Virus record (IMG/VR): IMGVR_UViG_3300022900_000014
Coordinates: 1-53,744 of that record
Reading direction: 5' to 3' (one strand)
DNA length: 53,744 nt
Source of the DNA: a virus
Lineage: Duplodnaviria > Caudoviricetes
Shown: positions 18,042 through 28,162 of the stretch, in pieces
How the letters are laid out: each line of letters starts with the position of its first letter
Position numbering within the stretch: position 1 is the stretch's first letter
Notes under the pieces: model-generated
Databases searched by the model: none
Seen by the model: only the letters and a program-made list of their open reading frames with translations
Told to the model about the DNA's origin: nothing
Position numbers and translations under genes: made by a program

Positions 18042-18369
18042 TGTTTATTCTCGTTTGTATTAATCCAGGTCGTGCTATAGCTAATCTTGTAAGATCATGC
18101 TTAGCAAACTTGCTTCTCATTTCATTCAATCCAGCATTTGCTTCTTGAAGGTTTGTTTGTAACTCGGTATTTAATTCGTTCTGCTTTTCCATTTGTGCTT
18201 GCAATTGATTCATGGAAGCAGTCTGCTGTTCTAGCGCAGAATCAAGTATCGCCTTTTCTGCAGATAACCTTTGAATAGTTGCTTGCGTGGAATCATAATA
18301 ATACTTAGCACCGAAGATAGCACCACCTATAATTCCAAATACTGCTATCATTATATAAAGCCTTAACAT
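17959..18369 (-). CDS. Putative i-spanin
   Basis: N-terminal TM segment plus long coiled coil. Confidence 0.7.
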   Translation of the reverse strand: MLRLYIMIAVFGIIGGAIFGAKYYYDSTQATIQRLSAEKAILDSALEQQTASMNQLQAQMEKQNELNTELQTNLQEANAGLNEMRSKFAKHDLTRLAIARPGLIQTRINNGTVEVFREIEQNTDNKSVSDLEPIPE

Positions 18370-18608
18370 TATGCTAATCTCACTCGTACTGTTCCACCGT
18401 TATCATAATATGCTTGACCGATTCCTACACCGCCTGATGCTGCATTCGCTTCATTCGTGTATGGTCCAGGCAATGACCAGCCAGATCCGTCTTGTATATT
18501 TTGAACAGTCGTAGACGCATCGATAAAGTTATTGACAATTTGCTGAGATATTTCGCCAGATCCTACCTCATCAAATTTACCTGTTAAAGGATTAAATTTG
18601 TATGGCAT
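18369..18608 (-). CDS. Hypothetical, possibly virion-associated protein
   Basis: Coupled ORF, Gly-rich C-terminus. Confidence 0.55.
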   Translation of the reverse strand: MPYKFNPLTGKFDEVGSGEISQQIVNNFIDASTTVQNIQDGSGWSLPGPYTNEANAASGGVGIGQAYYDNGGTVRVRLA

Positions 18609-18814
18609 TAGCTAGTCCTCGTTACGGTCAAAACGTTTCCAGTTGCATCATATGTCATTGCTAATGTCATAACGACGTCGCCAGCTGAACCGCCTAACTT
18701 ATATTCTACAACTGTAAGATTGCCATCAACATCATATGTATTGTTTATAAAATCGTGGGCAGGAATGCCCAGCGGATTTGACATATCAGTTTCACGGGAA
18801 TATTTCTTTAACAT
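18608..18814 (-). CDS. Hypothetical protein with two YD-like motifs
   Basis: TYDVDGNL and TYDATGNV. Confidence 0.55.
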   Translation of the reverse strand: MLKKYSRETDMSNPLGIPAHDFINNTYDVDGNLTVVEYKLGGSAGDVVMTLAMTYDATGNVLTVTRTS

Positions 18815-19011
18815 TATTTTTTCCTTTTCTCTATCATGGCATTAATGAACTTCATTCCAAGTGAGCGGCGATACATTCTTTCAGTATCTTCTTTTTTTCG
18901 TTTATCCCGCCTTGTAAAAAACATAGGACCGGCATTAGGAGCCATATCTACCCCACCACCAGCGACGGAGTTTGCTGCTACTTCTTCAGCGTAATTTTTA
19001 AAAGATTTCAT
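18814..19011 (-). CDS. Hypothetical protein, capsid-targeting-like N-terminus
   Basis: MKSFKNYAEE. Confidence 0.6.
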   Translation of the reverse strand: MKSFKNYAEEVAANSVAGGGVDMAPNAGPMFFTRRDKRKKEDTERMYRRSLGMKFINAMIEKRKK

Positions 19012-19592
19012 CGCTTGATTTCTCCGGGATTAATGTAAATCTTTTGATTCGTTTTTATATGAGTAACTTCGTATATTGGAGTAGTGATAATAGTATCGAC
19101 TGGCATACAATTTTCATGAACTAGTACTGTACTATTTTTTAACGCAATATATTCTCCGGTTTTTGGAGATAGAACATCAGACTTTAGTGTGTAAATGCCT
19201 GGTTGTATGATTGCATTTTCCATAAACCAAGTTGACTCGAACAAAGAGTCTTCAAAGCTAACATCCATTTTATCGAGTACTTTAAGTAATGCCTCTTCAG
19301 ACATACCTGTTTCTTCTTTGATTAGAAATAAAGCTGTTGCCCAAGAAGCAAGTTTAGTTTTTCCAAATGGAAGTTTATTGAGAAGCCTTTTGATATTAAA
19401 AACTAAACGATGAAAAACAGTATACGCAGATTTTTCATCATTCGTTTGAAGGGTAGAAGCTTTACGTAATACCTTTCCGTCTTCATCTACGATACCTAAT
19501 TTATACGCTTCTGTATCATCCCAAGATGTAGTTAGCAACTTGATAAAGCGATACGCGTAAAATAAGTCTCCTGTTCTTGAAATAACACTCAT
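19008..19592 (-). CDS. Conserved T4-like phage hypothetical protein
   Basis: AYKLGIVDEDG...FHRLVFNIKR; coupled ORF. Confidence 0.7.
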   Translation of the reverse strand: MSVISRTGDLFYAYRFIKLLTTSWDDTEAYKLGIVDEDGKVLRKASTLQTNDEKSAYTVFHRLVFNIKRLLNKLPFGKTKLASWATALFLIKEETGMSEEALLKVLDKMDVSFEDSLFESTWFMENAIIQPGIYTLKSDVLSPKTGEYIALKNSTVLVHENCMPVDTIITTPIYEVTHIKTNQKIYINPGEIKR

Positions 19593-19957
19593 AGATGTCT
19601 CAATCTCTCAACCACTAATGGGTTTAACGGAATTTCTATTTTTTCATTATCATTGACATAATTAAGATACACTAACATAGTCTTGATTATTGGCCAATGC
19701 TGTTTCTTTACCTTGTACCATAACATTTTGGTACCAGCTTCTATACTGAAGACATTACAGATGACTACAATATGATTAAGTATTAATCTTTCTTGCAGTT
19801 CACCTGTATCGTCGTATCTACTTAATAATCTTTTGATGTACTTAAAACGATTTAAGTCATCGTAAAATTCTTCAGCTTCAGTACATTGTTTATTGTTATA
19901 ATTATTAGCTGCATAAAGAAGAAATGTATCTTCAGTCAAAGTTTCAAAAAGCTTCAT
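19589..19957 (-). CDS. Conserved T4-like phage hypothetical protein
   Basis: EFYDDLNRFKYIKRL...ERLILNH. Confidence 0.7.
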   Translation of the reverse strand: MKLFETLTEDTFLLYAANNYNNKQCTEAEEFYDDLNRFKYIKRLLSRYDDTGELQERLILNHIVVICNVFSIEAGTKMLWYKVKKQHWPIIKTMLVYLNYVNDNEKIEIPLNPLVVERLRHL

Positions 19958-20004
19958 AAAACCCTCAATAAAATAAAGTATTGCTACTCTATTTATTCAG
20001 GTTA

Positions 20005-20205
20005 TTACTCGTCTTCTGAAACTTCTACTTCTTCTACTACTTCAACTTTCTTAGCTTTTTTAGGAGCTTCTTTTTTTACAACGCCATTCCAAGCATCTTG
20101 CTGCTCTTGTGTCAGCTTAGCACCTTTAAGCTTTTCGCCCTTAGCTGTAAAATAACCATCTGCTTTCGCAATTGAATCCTTTAAGTATCCTTTTTTTGTA
20201 GCCAT
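20005..20205 (-). CDS. Hypothetical protein
   Basis: ORF in operon. Confidence 0.6.
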   Translation of the reverse strand: MATKKGYLKDSIAKADGYFTAKGEKLKGAKLTQEQQDAWNGVVKKEAPKKAKKVEVVEEVEVSEDE

Positions 20206-20207
20206 GT

Positions 20208-20996
20208 TTATGCCTCGTTATCGATTAAAATTAAATCAAACAAACCACCAGCTGCACAAGTATTCCCAGATAAAACCTGCAATTCAATGTCCGTCTTTTC
20301 TGTGAATACTAATGGTACTGGATAATTATATTCTATAGGAACACCAAAGGTAGCAAATAGCCCTTTAATGTTAAATGCCCCGCCAAAAGGCTTAGCCATT
20401 AATCGGCATTGGACATCTGTGCTTTTTGTTATATTAAAATGCACTTTAAGAAGATATGCGGTCTTACCAGCTGGGACAGTATATAAAGCCATTAGGGTTT
20501 GGCCGTTGCCCTCTAGTATAGACGCTTTCACAGCTCCACCAACAGTTGCAGTAATAAGACCAGCATTAGTGGTAACTGTACCATCTTTAAAGATCATTCT
20601 AAAGATTCGAATAAATGTAGTTATACTCGAATTGCCTATTAAAACATCTTCAACAACAAGTTGATAGTTCTCATCTAGCCCTTGTACTTCCACAGTTTTG
20701 CCTGAGTCCAAAGGATCATCTGATGCGATTGTTGCAACACCTGCAGTTGTTAAATAGGTGTATGCATTAGATCCATCATATACTGTTTCCCAAGAGCCAG
20801 ATCCAATCGTTGGATTAAATCCGAACTTATTAATATGTGCCCATCCATCAACCAAGCCTTGAGCAATATTAATATTAGAACTAGCACCAGCGGAGTTAAT
20901 GATGTTACCATCTTTATCGGACATCATTACCACTTCGTGAACGTCAGAGTTCCCGGCGTGGTAATGAGCTTTACGATTTACGCTATATTGTGCCAT
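20208..20996 (-). CDS. Putative virion structural protein
   Basis: Gly/Thr/Val-rich; lies in the late block. Confidence 0.5.
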   Translation of the reverse strand: MAQYSVNRKAHYHAGNSDVHEVVMMSDKDGNIINSAGASSNINIAQGLVDGWAHINKFGFNPTIGSGSWETVYDGSNAYTYLTTAGVATIASDDPLDSGKTVEVQGLDENYQLVVEDVLIGNSSITTFIRIFRMIFKDGTVTTNAGLITATVGGAVKASILEGNGQTLMALYTVPAGKTAYLLKVHFNITKSTDVQCRLMAKPFGGAFNIKGLFATFGVPIEYNYPVPLVFTEKTDIELQVLSGNTCAAGGLFDLILIDNEA

Positions 20997-21007
20997 GATC
21001 TATTACC

Positions 21008-22129
21008 TTATACTTTATAGCGATTTGATCTTAGCCAACCAACCATCCGATCCATAGGAGAAGGTCTTTGAATTGTTGAGCCATCAGCAGATGATACAGC
21101 AAATTGCTTACCCCTCTGCATAATCACTACTTTATTACCAGTTTTAGGATCAATATGACCAGGTTCTTCAAAGGAAAGCATATCAGGCGTTTTACCAAAT
21201 ATAAAACCAGCCTTTGTTAAAACACTATCAGCTGCTGCTTGTTCGCCTTTCCCTTTGAAAGGTACTGGATTTACTTTTACAGCTGCTTCTTGTAGTTTAG
21301 TATTTTCTTTAACAACAGTACCGTCGTCTTTTTCACCAGACTTTTTAGTGTTATTAGTGTGCATATCTTTGAAGTCTTTCTCGCCTTGTGCTTCTGGCTC
21401 GGCTACTTCTTTAACAAGACCGCTTTTTCTAACAGCAGCTTCAAGGTCGGCAATAGTCATCCTAGGATCTTTAAGAGCTCCCTTAACGGCGGTCTTATTT
21501 TTAACTACAAGATCAACACCATCGAAATAAGCATCCATATCTTTTAGCTTAAACGTTTTTCTGATGTGAGCTGAAACATCTGTTTGACCCATGCCTCTGC
21601 CTACGACAGAAACTTTATCGTTAGGCTTGAGTGTCTTAGCTTCTTGCAAACTCTCTTCAACTTCTTCTTTGACGAGGCCACTCTTTCTAACGGCATCTTC
21701 GAGATCAGCGATAGTCATGCTGTTGTTTCTAAGAGCTCCCTGAACGGCAGTCTTATCTTTAATCACCAAGTCAGCATCATCGAAATAAACGTCCATATCT
21801 TTTAGCTTGAATAATTTTCTGATGTGAGCCGAAATGTCCAATTGGCCTGGACCTCTACCTACAATAGAAACTTTATCGGTAGGCCTGAGTTTCTTAGCTT
21901 CATTAATTTTATCTGCTGTAGCTTTTTTCATGGTGACTTTATACGTCTTATCACCAAACTTAAAAGTCTCATCGCCTTTCTTAGCAGCATCTGCTGCAGC
22001 ACCCATAAAGTCAGCTACACCTTCGTCGGTTATTTCCGCTGGTACCCAGGCTTCTCTTTTGACTGCTTTCGCTTCATACATTTTTACATATGCATTAGCG
22101 ATACTTTTCGTTATGTTATTGTCGATCAT
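21008..22129 (-). CDS. Putative internal head polyprotein with a duplicated 79-aa domain
   Basis: Repeat aa 77-155 and 163-241; (I/L)xEA sites. Confidence 0.6.
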   Translation of the reverse strand: MIDNNITKSIANAYVKMYEAKAVKREAWVPAEITDEGVADFMGAAADAAKKGDETFKFGDKTYKVTMKKATADKINEAKKLRPTDKVSIVGRGPGQLDISAHIRKLFKLKDMDVYFDDADLVIKDKTAVQGALRNNSMTIADLEDAVRKSGLVKEEVEESLQEAKTLKPNDKVSVVGRGMGQTDVSAHIRKTFKLKDMDAYFDGVDLVVKNKTAVKGALKDPRMTIADLEAAVRKSGLVKEVAEPEAQGEKDFKDMHTNNTKKSGEKDDGTVVKENTKLQEAAVKVNPVPFKGKGEQAAADSVLTKAGFIFGKTPDMLSFEEPGHIDPKTGNKVVIMQRGKQFAVSSADGSTIQRPSPMDRMVGWLRSNRYKV

Positions 22130-22145
22130 TTTAGTTTTCCTTTAT

Positions 22146-22454
22146 TTAGTTAAATATGTATTGTGCCGCTAATGCACCACAGACCGAAGTCATTACTACC
22201 CAAAACAATCGATTGACTACTTTTACTGTAATAGCAGTTTCATCAACTTTTGTTTCAACATCATCGATTCTATCAGAATGCTTATTAAGCCGATCATTGA
22301 TAGTCTTACGATCATCTTCTAGCATGATAAGCTTTTCTTCTGCACGGGCCAAAGAAATGACAGTTTCAGATAACTTATCTATCTTTTCTTCGATGCGATC
22401 AAGCCGCTTATCTTCTTTTAACAGATGTTCTTCTAATTGGTTTTTAGTTGGCAT
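22146..22454 (-). CDS. Coiled-coil protein with C-terminal TM segment
   Basis: Heptad pattern then LFWVVMTSVCGALAA. Confidence 0.65.
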   Translation of the reverse strand: MPTKNQLEEHLLKEDKRLDRIEEKIDKLSETVISLARAEEKLIMLEDDRKTINDRLNKHSDRIDDVETKVDETAITVKVVNRLFWVVMTSVCGALAAQYIFN

Positions 22455-22701
22455 ACTTAATCCTAATCCGTAAGTCGTCTTTACCTTTAATTAGACGATG
22501 GTACTTTAATTTATCGATTGTTACTACATCGCCTACGCATAATTCAAATGGCAAACTATCATCGAATTGTAGTTGCCATTTATTACCTTCTAGTACTTCA
22601 ATCTTACGATTTTCTTTATCTCTATGCCAAACTAAATCTTCTTCGTCAATGCCAGATAAGAAAAGACGTATGTCATCATATTCATAATATGGGGTTACCA
22701 A
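22444..22701 (-). CDS. Cupin-like protein
   Basis: WHRD...EVLEG...W; YHRLIKG. Confidence 0.65.
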   Translation of the reverse strand: MVTPYYEYDDIRLFLSGIDEEDLVWHRDKENRKIEVLEGNKWQLQFDDSLPFELCVGDVVTIDKLKYHRLIKGKDDLRIRIKYAN

Positions 22702-23225
22702 AAAAAGTTACCTCCACCTGATAACCCTAACTGCTTCGCATAATATGGAAGACGACACGACCAGTATCCGGCTTTCGTCTTATCTTTTTTCTGATCGCAG
22801 TTATGCCGAGAAGCAAAAGCTTTTCGTGCAGCTGGATCATCGATCTTTGCTTTTAAGCCTGATGTATCACCAAACTCAACCTTTATTACATTGCCCTTAT
22901 CATTTTTTACATAGACATAAAACTTTTTAGAACCACCCCTTTTTGGTGAATCTAGTTCTACATCATCTGCTTCCATTAAAGGACAATCTAGTGGCACGTG
23001 ATTACCTTCATGCATTGCATACATGCCAATATCAGTTTCTTCTAATAGTACTTTATCAATACCATCTGGAGAATAATTACCTTGTTCCATCTGAATACGC
23101 GCTTCTTGAAACAATTCGTAATATGACTGTGACCCTACACGAAACACATTCTCGTGTAATGGAATATTATTCTCTACATGATACTCTAAATGTCTAGATG
23201 CATTAAATTGAGCAAAAGGTATCAC
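22695..23225 (-). CDS. Conserved phage hypothetical protein
   Basis: KKFYVYV...FGD...FASRHNC...AGYWSC. Confidence 0.7.
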   Translation of the reverse strand: MIPFAQFNASRHLEYHVENNIPLHENVFRVGSQSYYELFQEARIQMEQGNYSPDGIDKVLLEETDIGMYAMHEGNHVPLDCPLMEADDVELDSPKRGGSKKFYVYVKNDKGNVIKVEFGDTSGLKAKIDDPAARKAFASRHNCDQKKDKTKAGYWSCRLPYYAKQLGLSGGGNFFW

Positions 23226-24322
23226 TACTTCTTGCCTCTTTCCTTGGACATTAAGTCAGCAAGCTTGCCTAAAGTCTTTTTGTCTTTATCAGATATATGT
23301 TTTTTCTTTACATCATCCATCGACTTACCGTATGCTTTAGTAGATTCTTCGGTTTCTTTTCCACCTTTTTTTGATTCACGCTTTGCAGCAAGATAAGCAG
23401 CGATTGCCATATTGCGACGCTCTTCTTTATCTTTATCTTGAAACTGGGGAGCATCGGATGCTTGGAAGTCTTTAATCCACTGATCAAGACCATCTGAAAC
23501 CTCGAGCTTCTCGTCAAAAGGCTTTTCCGTAATCTTTACAGCTTCTGAGATTGCAGATGCATTTTTCATGTAATCTGTTTTGTTCATCGAGCCAATACCA
23601 AAAGCCTTCATAGACTTCTTCAAAGCATCTTCAGGACTATCAGCACGGACTGTATTAATGTCGCCTTTATACTTAACTCGGTATGAATCTGATCCGCGAT
23701 TAGCTTCAGTTGGCATAACTCGTGCGATCATAGCTTTCGCTTCATCATCATTAACTTTAAATGCTTTCTTCAATGCTTCAACGCCTTGTTGAGCATTCTT
23801 AGTTGGGCCGAGCACTTTATTGATTTGTGTATCAGTTACTTTTGCCTTTTTATTAAGGCGAGCTTTAATTGCTGCATAGTTACTAGGAACTTTATATGCA
23901 GCTTCATCAAGAGACTCTTCGACTGACTCATATTTGCCAGCCATGACAGCGTGCATATCTTTTGCTTTCTCATGGAATCCAGTAAGCTTATTCTGCATCC
24001 ACTCAGGAAACTCATTATTTCCAGCAATATACTCAGAAACTTCATTCGCAACGTAAGCAATAAATTTGGCTTGGTCCATCGCCATGCCAGCTTCATCCGG
24101 AGATGCAGGCATATTGTCTTCAGGAGCTTCTGCTATCTGGCCTTCTTCGAACATACTTTTTGTGACGCGATTTTTTACTGGGCCCATATGTTGGTATCCT
24201 TTCATCACGTATTTCTTTAAATCAGTCTTTAGAATTTTTTCTAATTTTCTTGTCTTAGGATGCATAACAGTTGTATATTTACCAGCAGACATGAAATCAA
24301 CTGCTTCACGAATCTTAAACAT
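23225..24322 (-). CDS. Putative internal head protein
   Basis: Lys/Glu-rich; multiple xxEA sites. Confidence 0.55.
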   Translation of the reverse strand: MFKIREAVDFMSAGKYTTVMHPKTRKLEKILKTDLKKYVMKGYQHMGPVKNRVTKSMFEEGQIAEAPEDNMPASPDEAGMAMDQAKFIAYVANEVSEYIAGNNEFPEWMQNKLTGFHEKAKDMHAVMAGKYESVEESLDEAAYKVPSNYAAIKARLNKKAKVTDTQINKVLGPTKNAQQGVEALKKAFKVNDDEAKAMIARVMPTEANRGSDSYRVKYKGDINTVRADSPEDALKKSMKAFGIGSMNKTDYMKNASAISEAVKITEKPFDEKLEVSDGLDQWIKDFQASDAPQFQDKDKEERRNMAIAAYLAAKRESKKGGKETEESTKAYGKSMDDVKKKHISDKDKKTLGKLADLMSKERGKK

Positions 24323-24325
24323 CTT

Positions 24326-25165
24326 TTATCCTCTTACTTTATCAGCGATAGACTCAACCGCATCTAACCATTTGCGATATTTGCCGTTTGTAGTTTCAAC
24401 TATAACATAGTTAGCGCCAAGTACAGAAATAGTTCCTACTTCACCAGATTCTTTAATTACAACCTGATTACCTACTTCAAACAATTCACCTTTTACAAAA
24501 GCTTCACGCTTTTCAGAAATCGGTTCTAACTGGATATGCCTATGGTATTCAGACGATTCTTTAATACCCATTGCATTGCGAAGAGTGTCAAATAATTCCT
24601 GACCGCCTTTAAACCCAGAAGGTAATCCCTTTGAAAAAGAAGAGAAATCATTATCTGCTGCAGCAGCTCTCATTTTAGATGCTGACATACCTTCAACACC
24701 TTCAGCATCAGGATCACGCTCACCAGCCGATACTACATTTACGCCACCTTCGAAATTATAGAAACCATGACGTAATTTTTGACCATTGTACTTGTTAGCC
24801 AATGCAGTAAATTCATTAACTCGATCAGATCCAACGACCATTGTTACCTTAGTGAATCCTTGATCGTATAGCTGAGTCAATACTTCTAGAGCATTTTTTA
24901 CATTTTTATCGAGAATAATATTACGACCATGCTTAGGAAACATCTTACGCATTACTTTAATTTTAGTTGCATAATCTAATGGATTCTTTTTTGGATCAGA
25001 TGATTGAGAAGCGTATATGCGATAGTTATTACCTTTTGCAATAGATGCTACTTTGGTAATAAGCTTCTCATGGCCGACCGTCGGTGGATTAAACCGGCCA
25101 AAAGTAAAAACAACTTCTTTAGTTTCTTCAACTAAAAAGTCAGAAAACGATTTAATTGCTGGCAT
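24326..25165 (-). CDS. Cytidylyltransferase-like (HxGH) nucleotidyltransferase
   Basis: FGRFNPPTVGH, VGSDR, SASKMR. Confidence 0.85.
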   Translation of the reverse strand: MPAIKSFSDFLVEETKEVVFTFGRFNPPTVGHEKLITKVASIAKGNNYRIYASQSSDPKKNPLDYATKIKVMRKMFPKHGRNIILDKNVKNALEVLTQLYDQGFTKVTMVVGSDRVNEFTALANKYNGQKLRHGFYNFEGGVNVVSAGERDPDAEGVEGMSASKMRAAAADNDFSSFSKGLPSGFKGGQELFDTLRNAMGIKESSEYHRHIQLEPISEKREAFVKGELFEVGNQVVIKESGEVGTISVLGANYVIVETTNGKYRKWLDAVESIADKVRG

Positions 25166-25316
25166 CGTTTTCTCCTAAAGACTTATCATTTTTCGTTTTG
25201 GCGTTTTCAATTGGACCGGTCGTATCTGCACGCTTACGCTTTTTTGCTTTAAGCGCAAGCAATTCATCGCCTGTTTGTGTATAGTCTACAGCTAAGTAGT
25301 CTTTAAAAGAATACAT
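25152..25316 (-). CDS. Small hypothetical protein (54 aa, not in ORF track)
   Basis: MYSFKDYLAVDY...; fills the intergenic gap. Confidence 0.55.
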   Translation of the reverse strand: MYSFKDYLAVDYTQTGDELLALKAKKRKRADTTGPIENAKTKNDKSLGENDASN

Positions 25317-25328
25317 ATGCATTTCCCA

Positions 25329-26567
25329 TTAAGATCGAGACGGAGTGTCCCAACCTTTTATTATATTTGGATCAAAGTTATTAGTCGAAAATTCTAATCG
25401 ATCTACTAACTTTACTGCTCCACCACCTGTTCGATCTATAGCAACAAAGCCTTCATGACCGGTCACTTTAAATCCATTTTTTGTTTTTACAAAGGTATTT
25501 ATATCTTTTAATTTATTAAGCTTATTAATAAGTATCAATTTAGCCGCAACAATTGCTTTTTGTAAGTCAAATACTAACTTAAGATTTGCTTTGTTTTGCG
25601 GGCTAAAGAACTTAAGTATTTCATCACGCTTTGCAAATTGAGCTTGTTTACCCTTTTCAGAACTACGCTTATCAGCTTCTTTATTGAACCTTTCAGATAT
25701 CCAATTAATTAGGTTATCAACATGCTTCTTAGTATCAGTAATCTGTGTCTTATTACGAACCATAGAGTTGTTAAACGTTTCAATCATTCCAGAAAATTCT
25801 GAATTCTTTTCTAACTCTTTAAGAGTAGATGATGCGATGCTATTAAATATTTTTCCAGCAATCGATAAGGCTTTAGTTACTTCATCAGTATCAGCCTTTG
25901 TTAATGTTGCTGTACCAGAAAGATCTCGTAGTTCAGCGTCTTGTGCCCATATCGTAGAAACTTTATTGAATTTAGATACGTCAACGCCATAGTTAGCCGT
26001 CATTGTTTCAAAGCTTCCGCCCGAATACGACGTGTGGAAAACAATTCCAATCTTAGCTGCCTTTATCTTCTTTGCTTCTGCAGAAGAATCTTGTACAGCG
26101 TAAACGATTGTATTCGGATGGAAAGTAATGTACTTAGATCCGTCTATTGTTTCAGTTTTCAAATCAGATTGAGTAAACATAATGTCGCCTTGAACAACAT
26201 CAGTAATACCAAGCTTACTCATCTCATCGAATGCGATCTTGAGCTTGTTTGATAGATCGCCAGATGTATCAGCATCGATATCAGCATGCGACTTATACAC
26301 CTTAGGATTCTTGTTAAAAATACCCTTTTTAGCCACAAAGAACTGTCCATCTGATGGATCGATACCAGCAAAGACTGCAGGAGCTCCATCCCACTTGACA
26401 GTTACATCAGTGGCTGATGCAGCTGACCCAGCTAACATGTCCCTTAAAGAGCGTAATGCAAGTATAGCATTGCGTGCACCTTTTACACCACCATAGATAA
26501 CCTGATCTTCGATGTGAGTCATGTGCGTATTTTTTTCTTCTGACAAATATTGTTTAAACTTTATCAT
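25329..26567 (-). CDS. Conserved T4-like phage protein, ligase-like KxDG/EG motifs
   Basis: KNTHMTHIED, TVKWDGAP, QGD, EGFV, KLVDR. Confidence 0.7.
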   Translation of the reverse strand: MIKFKQYLSEEKNTHMTHIEDQVIYGGVKGARNAILALRSLRDMLAGSAASATDVTVKWDGAPAVFAGIDPSDGQFFVAKKGIFNKNPKVYKSHADIDADTSGDLSNKLKIAFDEMSKLGITDVVQGDIMFTQSDLKTETIDGSKYITFHPNTIVYAVQDSSAEAKKIKAAKIGIVFHTSYSGGSFETMTANYGVDVSKFNKVSTIWAQDAELRDLSGTATLTKADTDEVTKALSIAGKIFNSIASSTLKELEKNSEFSGMIETFNNSMVRNKTQITDTKKHVDNLINWISERFNKEADKRSSEKGKQAQFAKRDEILKFFSPQNKANLKLVFDLQKAIVAAKLILINKLNKLKDINTFVKTKNGFKVTGHEGFVAIDRTGGGAVKLVDRLEFSTNNFDPNIIKGWDTPSRS

Positions 26568-26568
26568 T

Positions 26569-27660
26569 TTATTTACTCTTAAAATCGCACATCATTCGTG
26601 TAGGATATCCGTCTTTTCCTTGAGTATCCCGTATGTTTATACTGAACGTATAATACTGTGATTCGAACTCAATGTTAATTCTCTTGCCCTTACCAGTTTT
26701 ACCACCATAGTAGATAGTAACATTACCTGGTTTAGCCGAGGCTGCCATCTTAGCTTTATCTAATTGATAGCTATCGATGTTACCACCTTTTTTATGTATC
26801 ACGTGATAACCGTAGCCAATTCCTGATTCAAGTAATGCTTGCAGGCCTGCTTTATCAACCTTAGCATTTCTCTCTACAACTGCTTTAGTAAGATCTCCGT
26901 TAAATACATCACAAAACATAACTGGATCTATGCCAAATAGTTTTAGTAACTTAAGGCCATTTTTATTAGTTATGTTCTTTGATTTAATTTCTGCTGGAGT
27001 GAGAATAGTACGAACGCCGACATTGAAGAATGTTGTTGTACCACCTAGCTTGAGGCTGAGGTAAACGGGTTTACCGTCAATAGTTAATGTAATATCAGTA
27101 ACTGATGAACCAATGTCGTTCCCAGAACCTTTAGTGTTTGAAAGAACAATTTTGCTTCCAAACTGAAGAGGACGTTTTGTGTTTTCTCCACCTACGACAT
27201 CGATAGTAAGGGTTTTCGCATTACTAATGTCATAAGTTTTATCTAGGTCTTGTATTGCTGCTAACATTCCAGCATCGGACACTTCTTCGCCAGCCCACCA
27301 TGCATTCAATGCATTTGCAAATTCCGGTTCAAAGAGATTGCCGCGGTTATTAACACCACGGTTTCCTGATGAACCATTTCCGTATTTGATGTTAAAGGAG
27401 CTAATGCCAGATCCGCTTTTAATGTCTGCAATAGAGATATCGTCAGAAAAGGCCCTAGATACGTTAACCATTCCAGGCACTTTCAGATCAAAATTTATAG
27501 GAGTATCAATAGAAGGAAATTTACCCTTTAAAAAAGATAATAGCTTTACTGCGTCTTCTATTCGATTTTCATCCCATCCGCTTAATCCACTACGGATCTC
27601 ATCCTCGGTCTTTGGAAAGAACGAGTAAGCTTCGTTGAGATACGAAACAAACCTTAACAT
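26569..27660 (-). CDS. Hypothetical protein, possible PD-(D/E)XK fold
   Basis: GNLFE...TDITL...YLSLK; start set at MLRFVSYLNEA (track gives 27666). Confidence 0.55.
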   Translation of the reverse strand: MLRFVSYLNEAYSFFPKTEDEIRSGLSGWDENRIEDAVKLLSFLKGKFPSIDTPINFDLKVPGMVNVSRAFSDDISIADIKSGSGISSFNIKYGNGSSGNRGVNNRGNLFEPEFANALNAWWAGEEVSDAGMLAAIQDLDKTYDISNAKTLTIDVVGGENTKRPLQFGSKIVLSNTKGSGNDIGSSVTDITLTIDGKPVYLSLKLGGTTTFFNVGVRTILTPAEIKSKNITNKNGLKLLKLFGIDPVMFCDVFNGDLTKAVVERNAKVDKAGLQALLESGIGYGYHVIHKKGGNIDSYQLDKAKMAASAKPGNVTIYYGGKTGKGKRINIEFESQYYTFSINIRDTQGKDGYPTRMMCDFKSK

Positions 27661-27697
27661 AAGCAATAGTTCCCATAAAATTTGAAATGTATGATAC

Positions 27698-27705
27698 TAT
27701 TTATA
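27698..27705 (-). promoter_or_regulatory. T4-type late promoter heading the 17.6-27.7 kb block
   Basis: TATAAATA. Confidence 0.75.
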
Positions 27706-27709
27706 CGTT

Positions 27710-28153
27710 TTAGCGGTTGATGAATTCGTTATAAAGAACTTCTTGTAATTTATATGCTTCCTTTTCTGATGGCTTATTCATATACTTAACGTTAGTTATA
27801 TCTTTCCCTTTAAATATTTCCCTATAGATTCCTTTGTTTGGAACCCATTCATGTTTTAGTTCACCTCTCAAGAACTGCTTAACGTGGATTAGCTCATGTA
27901 TAATGAGTGTAATTAGGTCTTTATTTTTATATCCCTTATTCAAACGAACGCAGAAGTCTCTAGGTCTATACTGAGAATCTTCCCAAATAGTATCGCCTTG
28001 AATTCCTTCCTTTGTTTCTAGGTTAGGTATTATGCGATACGTGATTTCTAAGACATGTCGCGGAAACATTCTATCGGCAACAAAATCAGTAATTTCATCG
28101 ATGAGTGCACGCTCTTTTTTATTGTGCACTCCTTCATACATGGTTATAACCAT
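27710..28153 (-). CDS. HEXXH zinc metallopeptidase-like protein
   Basis: HELIHVKQ...PSEKEAY. Confidence 0.75.
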   Translation of the reverse strand: MVITMYEGVHNKKERALIDEITDFVADRMFPRHVLEITYRIIPNLETKEGIQGDTIWEDSQYRPRDFCVRLNKGYKNKDLITLIIHELIHVKQFLRGELKHEWVPNKGIYREIFKGKDITNVKYMNKPSEKEAYKLQEVLYNEFINR

Positions 28154-28162
28154 AAGATTATC

